Positions 22,232-31,420 of a stretch of 64,000 nt of DNA are shown piece after piece. A model generated the notes under the pieces. That model was not told the DNA's origin, searched no databases, and saw nothing but the letters and a program-made list of their open reading frames with translations. Both the position numbers and the translations under genes were made by a program. Every line of letters starts with the position of its first letter. Positions within the stretch are counted from its first letter, which is position 1. The stretch is from NCBI GenBank assembly GCA_035266285.1, contig DATFNR010000059.1, forward strand, positions 5,136 to 69,135, read 5' to 3'. This DNA is from Candidatus Sulfotelmatobacter sp. GTDB taxonomy: Bacteria > Acidobacteriota > Terriglobia > Terriglobales > Acidobacteriaceae.

Positions 22232-24715
22232 TTAACGCGCCACTCGCGTCTGAGTTACCACAGGAGTACTCGCTTCGCCTTCTACCAGCACCCTATCATC
22301 GCGTTTATAGAAAGTCAACGAAACCCCCGTAATCTTGCCCTGTTCGGCATCAAAAATGCTAGGCGGTCCGCCGGTCAGCACGAACTTGTCATCCGCCGCC
22401 GTATACACCAGCCGCTGCCCCTCAGCTCGCCGTTTCGGCTGCTGGACGACGACATCCCCTTCCGCGACGAGGCGGTCCAGTTGCCCCGGCCCTCCCGTCG
22501 ACGATCCTGCAAGCGATTGATTAATCGAGGTTTGCCGCCGCGCGAGGAGGTAAGCATCCATCGTCTTGGCCGATGCGGTGAACTCCTCGCCCTTGGCCAC
22601 AACTCCACCTTCATAGTGTGCCTTGCGCTCCGAGTCGGCATAGGTGAGCTTCATCGCCGTGATGGCTACCAGCCCTGAGTCGCCCGCCGCGGATCGCTGC
22701 CCAGATGAGCTTGGTCGCGATCCTGGCGGATTTGCCCTCACTTTTCCTTCATCGCTGCTGCCCGAGACCGCCTTCCGGGCCTGCACCAGGATCGTCTGCA
22801 CCGGCTGCGCGGCCGTCCCCTGCGCCGTTACAAACCTCCGGTCCCGGTCGAACTGGATCGAAGGCGCCTCAATGACGTTGGCGTCCTGCCAGAGACGAGC
22901 GTTGCCCGAATAGAGCGCAACCGCCGTAGTGTTGTGCGCCGTCATGCTGTGTGCCGTAACGTGAATGGGAGACGACGACGCCAGCAGCGCCCCATCCGGC
23001 TGCTCTTTCAGATCGCTGTAGGTGCTTTTGACGTCACCCTCCGCCAAGGCATCGCCGGTGGCGCGGTTCATGCGGATCGTCCTGGCCGTGGTTGCCATGC
23101 CGCCGCTGCTCACCCGAGGATTGCCCGTCAGCGCCAGCATCTGATCGCCGGGAGTGTAGCGCGCGCTGTTCGCCCAGGCCTGCATTCGCTTATCCGGCGT
23201 CGCGCCGTCGCTATAGGCGACATTCCCCTGCTGCGTGATGGACTCGATTCCTCCCTGCGGCAGCAACGTTGCATCCACGGAGTCGCTGGTGCTGACCCGG
23301 TCGGGCTGGCCCGCGCTGGAATTGACGATGCGAGCATGGGGAGCGCCATGCATCGTGCTCAGGTAGTTTCGTCCGGCAGCCGGCCCCGATTGGCCCACGG
23401 CGAACTGCGCTTCGAACACGCCCGCAGTCACCTCGGTCCGCTGCTGCCGGGAGCTTGGAGCCGAGGCCTGCATCGAAGTGATCGTAATCTGCGCCGCTCC
23501 ACTCGTGACTGCCCGATCCAGAATATGTCCCTGGCTCACCACAAAGTCGATCGCCGGCGCGGTCAGCTCGAAATCCTGCGGGCCCGAGCCACTGCCCGCC
23601 GGACTTCCGCCCACCCCGGTCTGTCTCAGGCGCACTGCCTCGCGCGCATGCGCGGTTTGCAACTGGTTTTCGCCGGCAAAATCCAGGATCAGCCGCGAGG
23701 CATCCCCCTGCATCGGCTGGCTTCCGCCCTGCTCGATGTGAACGTTGCCGGAAAAGGTGGCCTGGCGCAGACGGTTCTGCTCGCCTGCCAGCAGAAACTC
23801 CCCCTGATCGGCGCGCCCGCGGATTTCCGCAGGGCGTTCCTCAGCGCTCGCATCGGTGGCCCGTGAATCCTCCTCCGCCCCAGTCCTGCCCCGCATTGCC
23901 GATGCCTGCTCCACCATCTGGACGTTGCCCGTGGCCAGCACGCGCTCCACATGATTGTCGGGATTGAGATAAAACACCGCTTGATCCGCTTCCATCGTTC
24001 CGCCTGGTTGCGCCAGGTGGGCATGGTCCAGCACAATCTGCCGCGGATCGCCGGTCATGACCCCGTGCTCCGCGTCCACGGTTGCACCGCTCGTTCCCTG
24101 CAGGACGAGATGAATTCGCGACTTCAGGGTCAGCCGGTTACTCTTGCCGGCGTATTCCACTCCCACGGCCGACCCCGTCGCCTGCGGTGTCTGGAACTCC
24201 ACGGGTGCCTCGGTCGACGCGTTCCCCGTGTCCTTGTTGAACACCAGATCGCGCGTCTTCAGGTGAATCGGATTCTTCATTTCCTTGGGGGTGGATTGAT
24301 CCGGGCTGGTCAGCCCGGCCGGGTTGGCGACCAGGTCGATCTGCACCTGGCCCTTGGCTGTAATGTTGCCAGTCTGCTGGTCGTAAGCAAAATCGTCGCC
24401 GTAGATCTGGTCATAGCGCGAAGAGTCGCGCCCATAGAGCACGATGTTGACGTTGTGCAACTCGGCGCGCCCGTTCAGTTTGAATTCCTTCACAGCGCTG
24501 GCCTGCACCATGAACAGCGTGCGCTTGCCGTCGGATTTGGAGAACTGAAATCCGTTCGCCGTTTGTTTGATTTCGTAGGGGATCTTGTAGGGAACTTCCT
24601 TGAGCACATCGCGGGTCCGCGACCGCGCATAAAAATACATTCCCGCAACCACCAGGCTGAGCCCTATGGCAGTCGCAGCCAACCAGCGTCGCAAGCGATA
24701 CACCGGCAGCGCCAT
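22232..24715 (-). CDS. Giant LptC/LptA (OstA-N) multi-module periplasmic protein with N-terminal membrane anchor
   Basis: 827 aa. The N-terminal TM segment is WLAATAIGLSLVVAGMYFYA. It is followed by repeated beta-jellyroll-like modules of the LptC/LptA type, for example ADQAVFYLNPDNHVERVLATGNVQM, ANSARYTPGDQMLALTGNPRV and GQRLVYTAADDKFVLTGGPP. It lies immediately upstream of lptB. Confidence 0.7.
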   Translation of the reverse strand: MALPVYRLRRWLAATAIGLSLVVAGMYFYARSRTRDVLKEVPYKIPYEIKQTANGFQFSKSDGKRTLFMVQASAVKEFKLNGRAELHNVNIVLYGRDSSRYDQIYGDDFAYDQQTGNITAKGQVQIDLVANPAGLTSPDQSTPKEMKNPIHLKTRDLVFNKDTGNASTEAPVEFQTPQATGSAVGVEYAGKSNRLTLKSRIHLVLQGTSGATVDAEHGVMTGDPRQIVLDHAHLAQPGGTMEADQAVFYLNPDNHVERVLATGNVQMVEQASAMRGRTGAEEDSRATDASAEERPAEIRGRADQGEFLLAGEQNRLRQATFSGNVHIEQGGSQPMQGDASRLILDFAGENQLQTAHAREAVRLRQTGVGGSPAGSGSGPQDFELTAPAIDFVVSQGHILDRAVTSGAAQITITSMQASAPSSRQQRTEVTAGVFEAQFAVGQSGPAAGRNYLSTMHGAPHARIVNSSAGQPDRVSTSDSVDATLLPQGGIESITQQGNVAYSDGATPDKRMQAWANSARYTPGDQMLALTGNPRVSSGGMATTARTIRMNRATGDALAEGDVKSTYSDLKEQPDGALLASSSPIHVTAHSMTAHNTTAVALYSGNARLWQDANVIEAPSIQFDRDRRFVTAQGTAAQPVQTILVQARKAVSGSSDEGKVRANPPGSRPSSSGQRSAAGDSGLVAITAMKLTYADSERKAHYEGGVVAKGEEFTASAKTMDAYLLARRQTSINQSLAGSSTGGPGQLDRLVAEGDVVVQQPKRRAEGQRLVYTAADDKFVLTGGPPSIFDAEQGKITGVSLTFYKRDDRVLVEGEASTPVVTQTRVAR

Positions 24716-24756
24716 CTGGCTTCAGTGTAATCGAACGCGACGACCGCAAGCGGACC

Positions 24757-24843
24757 CAGCCCCGAAGGGGCGGAATTCGTTAGCCCGGGGCGTAAGCCCC
24801 GGGTAAGCCGGAAAATCAGCGCAAGTCCCGGAGGGACGGCACC
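24757..24843. repeat. GC-rich multi-hairpin element (family K, copy 1)
   Basis: CAGCCCCGAAGGGGCGG...AGCCCGGGGCGTAAGCCCCGGGT...GTCCCGGAGGGACGGCACC. Its reverse complement is collinear with 54765-54853. Confidence 0.65.
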
Positions 24844-24879
24844 AATTCCCGGCCCAACTTGCGAACGTAAGGCCTCGCC

Positions 24880-27300
24880 CTAAAACGCCTCGTCCAAATT
24901 TACATCCATAATCATCCGATCGAGCTCCGCCTTCGCCGCGTTGTCCTGCGCGGTCAGATCCGCGGTCTCCTTCCGCAGCGCGGCCAGCCGGTTCTCCTGC
25001 GCGTCGAGCTGCCCGACATACCGCTGCAACAGTGTCTTCTCTTCCGAACTCCCCTTGAGCGCCTTCATGTTCTCGCGAATGCGATTCTGATCGGTGGCGA
25101 TCTGATCGGACTCGCCCTTGCGGTCGTTGATCTGCGTAGTAATGTCGCCGATCTTCACCTGCTGCTTGAGAATGCGGTCAAAGGCCTGCTGCATGGCCGG
25201 CGTCACGCGCTTCTGCTCGACCAGCACCTTGACATCATCCTCACCCAGATTCGAAAGCTCGACCCGGCTCTCCTCCGGATGAACGGCCTCCACCGTCAAC
25301 TCCGCCGTCTTCCCCGCCGCGACCGGCACGCGGAAACGATGAAACGATTCGGTCGACTCCTCCGGCTGCGTTGTTCCCGGCGCAAGCTTCCACCCCTCCT
25401 CGGCCGCATACTCGACGATCACCTGCCGCGGTTCGGTGTCGGCGTTGCGAATCGTGTACTTGTTGGTCTTATGCTGTTCCTGAGTCATCACCATCACGCC
25501 GTTGACGATCTTGACGTGGCTGAAGGGCCTCTCGCTCGATTCGTCGGAGTACTTCACGTGCACCGCCGCGTCTCCGGCATAAGACAGCAGCCGCCGTTCG
25601 TCGGGATGGATGGTCTCGAGCACGCCTTCGCCGGCGAACGTCTCCGCCTCCAGCACGTTGAATGATCCCGCGTCGAGCACCTGCCCGCTGGTGTTCTTGA
25701 TCCACAGCGCGCGCAGGGGCGCCGACTCCGGATTCCACAGCGTCACTTTCTCAGCATCGATATGCCCCTGCAGGATCGGCACCAGCGCCGACTGGTTTTT
25801 GCCGATGGTGATCTTTTGCTTGATCTTGTATTCGAAGTAATCGCCGGCGGACTTGCCCTCGGCCTCGGCCCCCTCCTTTTCGACGGTACCGATTAGAGTC
25901 GAGTTGGTGGTGTTCACAGCAACCGACGAGGCCTGCACCTCAACCGTTTCAGCTGTGCCTCCCACGCTCAGGGTCGCGTCAATCTCATTGTTCCGCCCGA
26001 TCCCCAGATAAACGTTCGACAGATTGAATCTCTGAAAGCCCGTAGCCGCGACAAACACCGCCGAGTTGCCCGCCTGCACATCGGTGAAGCGATAGCGCCC
26101 CTGCGTATCGCTCATCGCCATCTGCGAGACCCCGGTTTCCTCATTGCGGACGGTGACCCGAGCGCCCGAAACGACCGCTCCCGCTGGATCTTTCACCACG
26201 CCGGAGAGGCTGGTCGTCGCGTGTGATCCTCCTGGCGGCGGAGGAGGGGCCAATTTGCCGAATTGCTCCAACCGGTCATATTCCTTCTCCGTCGCCTCAT
26301 GCGACTGCGGCGTCAGCATCACCGACTCCGGCAGCGGCACCTCCGGCCGCCGCGCATAGAACGGCTGCGAAATATTCTGAACAAACGACTGCGGCGCGCC
26401 CGCCACCAGCGACAGCTCAACATCTTTCCAGTCTTCCCCGATGGTGTTGTCGACGATGGCCCAGCCCTGCAGCAGCGGCTTCTCGCCCGGCTTCTCCGGA
26501 AACAAAATCCGGTATGTGCTCTTCCACACCGGCACTTCGCTGATGTAGCTGACGAACACGTCGCGATCTCCCGATCCCGCCGCCGTGAAGCTCATGCGCC
26601 GCACATCGCGGGCGCGCGAGGAGCCGAGCAGGCTCAAATACCGCCCGACTTCGTCAGTCAACTCGCGCTCGGCGATGCGCACCGAGGTCCCCGGGCCCAG
26701 ATCGAAATTCCGCATCTCGCCCGCATCGGTAACGACGGCAAACGTCGTCACGTCTTCGTAGTCGTCCTTGCCGCGCTGCCGGCGCTCCTTCTCCACGCTG
26801 AGCAAGCGTCCCGTCGCGGTCGCCGAACCGCTGCGCACTTCCACCCGCGCCCCGCGCAGCGCCGAAAGATACTCTGCCTGCGTGACCTGCTCGCCGAACG
26901 GCAGCCGCAAGGATTTCAGCCGCTCATCAAGCGGAGCAATTGAGTTGTAGCGCACCGACGACACTCGCCCGTCGCCCAGATCGACCGCGGTCAGCGATTT
27001 CAGCACGTCGTTCAGCTGTCCCGTGGTGAAGTCGATGCTGAGATCCTGCGTACCGTGCACGCGCGCCGTGTGCTCGAAGTAGCCCACGCCGTTTTTGTAA
27101 AGCACAACGCGCTTGACTGGCAGGCGCGAAGAGGAATCGCCGGAAGAAGAGGAGACATCCGCAGTCTGCGGCTGTGGACCTTTCGGCTGGTCAGCCTTGG
27201 TTTGACTGGGCTTGTTCTGGGCCGCGAGACCAGCGGCCAGCAACGCAACAAGAAGCGCGGACAGGACAGCGTGACGCATGGCGCACCTCCGATTCTGCAC
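24880..27300 (-). CDS. Secreted DUF4139-like protein with an embedded carboxypeptidase-regulatory-like (CarboxypepD_reg) domain
   Basis: 806 aa with a signal peptide (AVLSALLVALLAAGLAAQ). The N-terminus (LPVKRVVLYKNGVGYFEH) resembles DUF4140/DUF4139. The insert reads GVVKDPAGAVVSGARVTVRNEETG...TDTQGRYRF. The C-terminus is coiled-coil. Confidence 0.6.
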   Translation of the reverse strand: MQNRRCAMRHAVLSALLVALLAAGLAAQNKPSQTKADQPKGPQPQTADVSSSSGDSSSRLPVKRVVLYKNGVGYFEHTARVHGTQDLSIDFTTGQLNDVLKSLTAVDLGDGRVSSVRYNSIAPLDERLKSLRLPFGEQVTQAEYLSALRGARVEVRSGSATATGRLLSVEKERRQRGKDDYEDVTTFAVVTDAGEMRNFDLGPGTSVRIAERELTDEVGRYLSLLGSSRARDVRRMSFTAAGSGDRDVFVSYISEVPVWKSTYRILFPEKPGEKPLLQGWAIVDNTIGEDWKDVELSLVAGAPQSFVQNISQPFYARRPEVPLPESVMLTPQSHEATEKEYDRLEQFGKLAPPPPPGGSHATTSLSGVVKDPAGAVVSGARVTVRNEETGVSQMAMSDTQGRYRFTDVQAGNSAVFVAATGFQRFNLSNVYLGIGRNNEIDATLSVGGTAETVEVQASSVAVNTTNSTLIGTVEKEGAEAEGKSAGDYFEYKIKQKITIGKNQSALVPILQGHIDAEKVTLWNPESAPLRALWIKNTSGQVLDAGSFNVLEAETFAGEGVLETIHPDERRLLSYAGDAAVHVKYSDESSERPFSHVKIVNGVMVMTQEQHKTNKYTIRNADTEPRQVIVEYAAEEGWKLAPGTTQPEESTESFHRFRVPVAAGKTAELTVEAVHPEESRVELSNLGEDDVKVLVEQKRVTPAMQQAFDRILKQQVKIGDITTQINDRKGESDQIATDQNRIRENMKALKGSSEEKTLLQRYVGQLDAQENRLAALRKETADLTAQDNAAKAELDRMIMDVNLDEAF

Positions 27301-27384
27301 AACCCATGATTCTCGACAGCATGATTCTGCAGAAGCGGAAGTCTAGCACTTGGTTGTCTGTGGAACGCCGGCCGGGCGCCACAC

Positions 27385-29421
27385 TCAGGCAGTTTTTACG
27401 CGAAAGTCGCGCAACTCCAGTTCCAGCCCGCCGTATTCGGGATGGTCGTTGTGCCCGATGCTGAAGGCGACATCGACCGTATCCCCCGCCAGCAGCGGCG
27501 TTTGCGCCAGCCGCTCAGCCATGTGCCAGCCCAGGGCATCGAAAGTGATTTTCGTCTTCAGCTCGGTTCTCAGACCATCGTCGTGTAGGGACAGCCGCCC
27601 TCGGCTATCCGGCCGGGCAAAGCCCGGCGGGGTTTGAGCGTGAAGTTCGAGAGCTGCCTCCCTCTCGCTGCGACGAATTGCAGCCCCATCCGGATGACAC
27701 CGTGGCGTCGCCAGAATCGCCGCCGCCGTGAGTTCCTCCGGCTCCTCCGGCAACGCCGGTGCGGCGCCCGCTCTCAGCTTCAGCTTCACGTGCTTGTCTT
27801 TCATGATCCGCGGCGGTGCGGTCAACTGCACCCCCCGCGCCGCAAACACCGGCTCAGGATTCCCCACGCCATAGGGCTCCAGCTGCCGCAGCGCCTGGAA
27901 CAGATCCGGCGTGACGTCGCCCAGCCACAACTCGCCATCAAGATCGAGCACCGGCTCGAAATCCGCCAGCGTCAGCCGCGCCCGCGCAAACGCATCCAGC
28001 CGTACCCGCAGTTCACCGACATTCGCCGCCGGCATGGCGAAGCCGCAGGCATGGGCATGCCCGCCGTAACGCGAAAAAAGATCACGGCACGACTCGATCG
28101 CCTCCAGAAGATGAAACGCCCGTATCGAGCGCCCCGAGCCAAACGCCTCGTCGCCTTCGCGCGAAATCACCACCGCCGGCCGGTTATAGCGCTCGACCAC
28201 GCGCGTCGCCGTGATGCCGATGACGCCGCGATGCCAGCCCTCGCCGTCGACCACGATGCAGTAGGCGTCGCACAACGCCGGATCGCCCGCGAAGCGCTCC
28301 TCGAGCGCCTTCAGGATTCGCCGCTCTTCCTCCTGCCGGTCGGCGTTCAGCTGGTCCAGCTTCGCCGCCAGCTCCCGCGCGCGCGCCGCGTCTTTCACGC
28401 TGAAGAGATCAATCACGTCGCGCGCCACGTCCATGCGCCCAGCAGCGTTAATGCGAGGCGCAATGCGGAAGCCAATTTCCCCCGAAGTCGGCGGACGTTT
28501 AGCCGAAACCTGCGCCACTTCCAGCAGCGCCTTCAGCCCGGGATTCACCGCCGTGCGCAGCGCATCCAGCCCCAGCGCGGTAAAGACGCGATTCTCCCCC
28601 GTCAGCGGCACGGCGTCGGCGATGGTCGCAATCGCCACGACCTTCATGAACGACAGCAGCAGTCGGTTTTGATCCTTCGCGTCTTTTTCCGCTAAACCCG
28701 GCTGCGCCAAACTCCGCTGCACTAAACTCCGTTCCGCTAAACTCTGCTCCGCTAACCCGCCCTCCACCAGGCCCCGCCGCTGCATCAACGCCTGCGCTAC
28801 TTTGAACGCCACGCCCGCGCCGCAAAGCTGTTTGAACGGATATGCGCATCCCGCCTGATTCGGGTTCACCACGGCCAGCGCCCGCGGCACGCCCTCCGGC
28901 CCGGGCAGGTGATGATCGGTCACGATCAAATCGACGCCGAGCCGCCGCGCCGTCTCTGCCGGCGCATGCGCGCGAATCCCCATATCGACGCTGATAATCA
29001 GGCGAATCCCGGCAGCAGCGGCGGTTTCGATCACATCCGCCCGCACGTCGTAGCCCTCGCGAATGCGGTGCGGCACGTGAAAGTCCGCCGACCCGCCGCA
29101 CAATTCGATCGCCGTCTTCAGAATGATGACCGCCATCGTGCCGTCGACGTCGTAGTCGCCGTAAATCAGCATCGGCTCTTTGCGGGTGATGGCGGCGTCG
29201 ATCCGGTCGACCGCAGACGGCAGCCCGGTCATCAACTCGGGCGCGTGTAGATGTGCAAGAGAAGGCGAAAGGAATTGCCGCGCAGATTCAATATCGCTGA
29301 TGCCGCGGCTCACCAGCAGCGGAGCGAGGACATGCGCTGTGTCTGCGCTGCCAGCAGTGCGCAGAGCCGAGGTCAGCCGTGCGACGAGCTCTTGATCAGC
29401 TGTCTTCGGAATCCACTGCAT
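27385..29421 (-). CDS. recJ: Single-stranded-DNA-specific exonuclease RecJ, with two low-complexity insertions
   Basis: 678 aa. DHH motifs are present (IYGDYDVDGT, VTDHH), together with a DHHA1 motif (GGHAHACGF) and a C-terminal OB region (EPYGVGNPEPVF...KHVKLKL...FDALGWHM). Confidence 0.92.
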   Translation of the reverse strand: MQWIPKTADQELVARLTSALRTAGSADTAHVLAPLLVSRGISDIESARQFLSPSLAHLHAPELMTGLPSAVDRIDAAITRKEPMLIYGDYDVDGTMAVIILKTAIELCGGSADFHVPHRIREGYDVRADVIETAAAAGIRLIISVDMGIRAHAPAETARRLGVDLIVTDHHLPGPEGVPRALAVVNPNQAGCAYPFKQLCGAGVAFKVAQALMQRRGLVEGGLAEQSLAERSLVQRSLAQPGLAEKDAKDQNRLLLSFMKVVAIATIADAVPLTGENRVFTALGLDALRTAVNPGLKALLEVAQVSAKRPPTSGEIGFRIAPRINAAGRMDVARDVIDLFSVKDAARARELAAKLDQLNADRQEEERRILKALEERFAGDPALCDAYCIVVDGEGWHRGVIGITATRVVERYNRPAVVISREGDEAFGSGRSIRAFHLLEAIESCRDLFSRYGGHAHACGFAMPAANVGELRVRLDAFARARLTLADFEPVLDLDGELWLGDVTPDLFQALRQLEPYGVGNPEPVFAARGVQLTAPPRIMKDKHVKLKLRAGAAPALPEEPEELTAAAILATPRCHPDGAAIRRSEREAALELHAQTPPGFARPDSRGRLSLHDDGLRTELKTKITFDALGWHMAERLAQTPLLAGDTVDVAFSIGHNDHPEYGGLELELRDFRVKTA
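27584..27698 (-). repeat. Family H REP-like element embedded in-frame inside recJ
   Basis: The minus strand reads GTCATCC...CCCGCCGGGCTTTGCCCGG..GGATAGCCGAGGGCGGCTGTCCCTACA. Compare intergenic H2 (CCCGCCGGGATGTGCCCG...GGACAGCCGAGGCGGCTGTCCCTACA, 53005-53046) and H1 (GTCATTCC...GCAGCCGAGGACGGATGTCCCTACA, 49188-49243). It is translated as ...HPDGAAIRRSEREAALELHAQTPPGFARPDSRGRLSLH. Confidence 0.7.
28684..28758 (-). repeat. In-frame 15-bp x5 tandem repeat in recJ (pentapeptide (G/S)L(A/V)(E/Q)x)
   Basis: Five contiguous 15-nt units on the minus strand: GGGTTAGCGGAGCAG, AGTTTAGCGGAACGG, AGTTTAGTGCAGCGG, AGTTTGGCGCAGCCG, GGTTTAGCGGAAAAA. They encode GLAEQ SLAER SLVQR SLAQP GLAEK. Confidence 0.85.
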
Positions 29422-29501
29422 TCTTGGCGTGGCCGTCCCGAGCCGTGTGGCAACGGGCGCCCTCGCCCGTCGAGCCGAGCGCAGCTCGGCGGTTGTGGCA
29501 G

Positions 29502-30041
29502 CTAGTTTTCTTCGTCCTGATCCGGCTCATCCATGGTGATGCCGCCGAACTCGTCCGACACCTCGAGCAGGTGCTGGTAGCGGTCGTACCACTGCGTGCT
29601 CACCTCGCACAGAAACATCGACCCCTGGTACGCCCACCCCAGCTGCAGATATCCCACCTTGCCCACGTGCGCCCGCAGCCAACGCGCGTCATCCACGTCG
29701 TCACTGTCGGTGAACTCCGAGTTGGACAGCCGCTCCACCATCTCATCCAGTTCGGCGCGCTCCAGCGTCCAGGCGTGCATGGTCAGGAAGGCAACGCCCG
29801 CGGCCTTGGACAGCTCCACAAAATCCTTCCAGCCGTCGGGATTCTCCGCCATCTCCCACATCACGCACTGCACCTCTTCATAGTCGACAAAACCCTGAAA
29901 ACGGCGCAAGCCGTGGCCTTCGATGAAGGCAATCATGTCGTCTTTCACGGTCGAGAGATCGTCTGGAATGGGAGACATAGAGGAGAAAGTCGTAAGGGTT
30001 GATTGTATGCTGTCCGCAACTTCGCTGCCAGCGCGATTCAT
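29502..30041 (-). CDS. Acidic hypothetical protein (179 aa)
   Basis: Its start overlaps the stop of the upstream TPR gene by 4 nt (ATGA at 30038-30041). The C-terminus is highly acidic (DEPDQDEEN). I recognise no family. Confidence 0.5.
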   Translation of the reverse strand: MNRAGSEVADSIQSTLTTFSSMSPIPDDLSTVKDDMIAFIEGHGLRRFQGFVDYEEVQCVMWEMAENPDGWKDFVELSKAAGVAFLTMHAWTLERAELDEMVERLSNSEFTDSDDVDDARWLRAHVGKVGYLQLGWAYQGSMFLCEVSTQWYDRYQHLLEVSDEFGGITMDEPDQDEEN

Positions 30042-31366
30042 CGCATCGGCTTGCCGCTTACCTCGGCCAGAGCCTTCTTGTAGTCCGGATCATCGGGAGA
30101 CAGCTGCACTGCTCGGCGCAACGCTTCTGCTGCCCGGCTGCGTTCGCCCATTTTCAGGTAGACCTCGCCCATTTCGAAATAGGCGTCCGATTCTTTCGGG
30201 TCGACCAGCACCGTCTGCTGGAAAGCTTCAAGGGCCGCCGTGAGATCCGTGCTCTCCAGGACTTTTCCGCGGACGTACAAGTAGTCGGGGTTGTAGGGAT
30301 CGCCGCGCAAAGCCTTGGCGATTTCCTCCTGCGCCTTGGCCACATCGCCGCGAGAAAAGTCAATCTTGGCCAACTGCGCCAGGCTGGGTCCGTTTTCCGG
30401 ATCCTCCTCCAGGGCCTGACTCAGCACCGTCAGTGCCGGGGCGAGCTGATTCTTTCGCGCCAGTTCGCCGGCATTGATCGCCAGATGGTCGGCGTGCATC
30501 TTGCGTGTTTTTGCGTCTCGCAATGTCTGCGACCGTTTCTCGTACTCATCCTGCATTTCCTTGGCGCGTTGAGTTTGCCCGGCACATTTGTAGGCGCGTG
30601 ACAGCAGGTAGATGTCTTCCGGAGCTGCATCGTCCGACTGGGCAAGCGGCTGCAGCAACTCTACGGATTCGTCGCATTTGCCGGCGCTGAGGGCCGTCTT
30701 GGCGAGCAGTTCCCGGGTTTGGGTGGTGGCTTCCGCGCGATAGGCCGCCGTCGCATCCTGATAGGCGCGGTCGTGATCGTTGCGATCGGCGTAGAGGCTT
30801 CCTCGAAAATAGTGCGCCGACGCCGAATCCGGAGCGAGCCGGATCGCCTCGTTGAACTCTACCAGGGCCTTCTGCTCGTCACCCTTCGCCTGATACGCCA
30901 CGCCCAGCTGTTCGTGAGCCGCAGCAAAGGAGGGTTCGCGCCGTACCGCGCGTGTCAATTCGAGGATCGCGTCACCATAGTGCAGCAGGTGGATGTCGAG
31001 TTTGCCCAATTCGACCAGAGAGGCGGCGCTCTTCGGGTGGATCGTAGCTGTCTGGCGCAGCAGGCGCCGCATTTGGTCGTAGTTGTAAACGCCGTAATAG
31101 GCCGCGGCCAGGCCAAGCTCCGCCTTCTCATTGTGCGGTTCGGTCTGGAGAATTGTTTGGTACGCCGCCACCGCGGCGGGAAACTGCCGATTCCGCAGCA
31201 AAGCGGCTGCATTCCGCAGGCCGTCCGCCAGCGCGCTCGCATTGCGGGAATGCTGTTGAGCCGAGCAAGGCCTTGGGCCGCAAATCGAAGCGATCAACAG
31301 TAGAAAGGCGAGGCTCAGCCGGGCAAACATGGAAGACTTCATTTCGCTGATACGATTCTCTACCAA
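30038..31366 (-). CDS. Secreted tetratricopeptide-repeat protein
   Basis: 442 aa with a signal-like N-terminus (FARLSLAFLLLIASICGP). Repeated 34-aa TPR-type A/Y/L patterns run throughout (...AYYGVYNYDQ..., ...GVAYQAKGDEQKALVEFNEAIRLAP..., ...EMGEVYLKMGERSRAAEALRRAVQLSP). Confidence 0.75.
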   Translation of the reverse strand: MVENRISEMKSSMFARLSLAFLLLIASICGPRPCSAQQHSRNASALADGLRNAAALLRNRQFPAAVAAYQTILQTEPHNEKAELGLAAAYYGVYNYDQMRRLLRQTATIHPKSAASLVELGKLDIHLLHYGDAILELTRAVRREPSFAAAHEQLGVAYQAKGDEQKALVEFNEAIRLAPDSASAHYFRGSLYADRNDHDRAYQDATAAYRAEATTQTRELLAKTALSAGKCDESVELLQPLAQSDDAAPEDIYLLSRAYKCAGQTQRAKEMQDEYEKRSQTLRDAKTRKMHADHLAINAGELARKNQLAPALTVLSQALEEDPENGPSLAQLAKIDFSRGDVAKAQEEIAKALRGDPYNPDYLYVRGKVLESTDLTAALEAFQQTVLVDPKESDAYFEMGEVYLKMGERSRAAEALRRAVQLSPDDPDYKKALAEVSGKPMR

Positions 31367-31420
31367 AAAACGGGCCGCCTGCCAGAGGCAAGCGGCCCGG
31401 AGGCTCGTGATGCAAGATCG

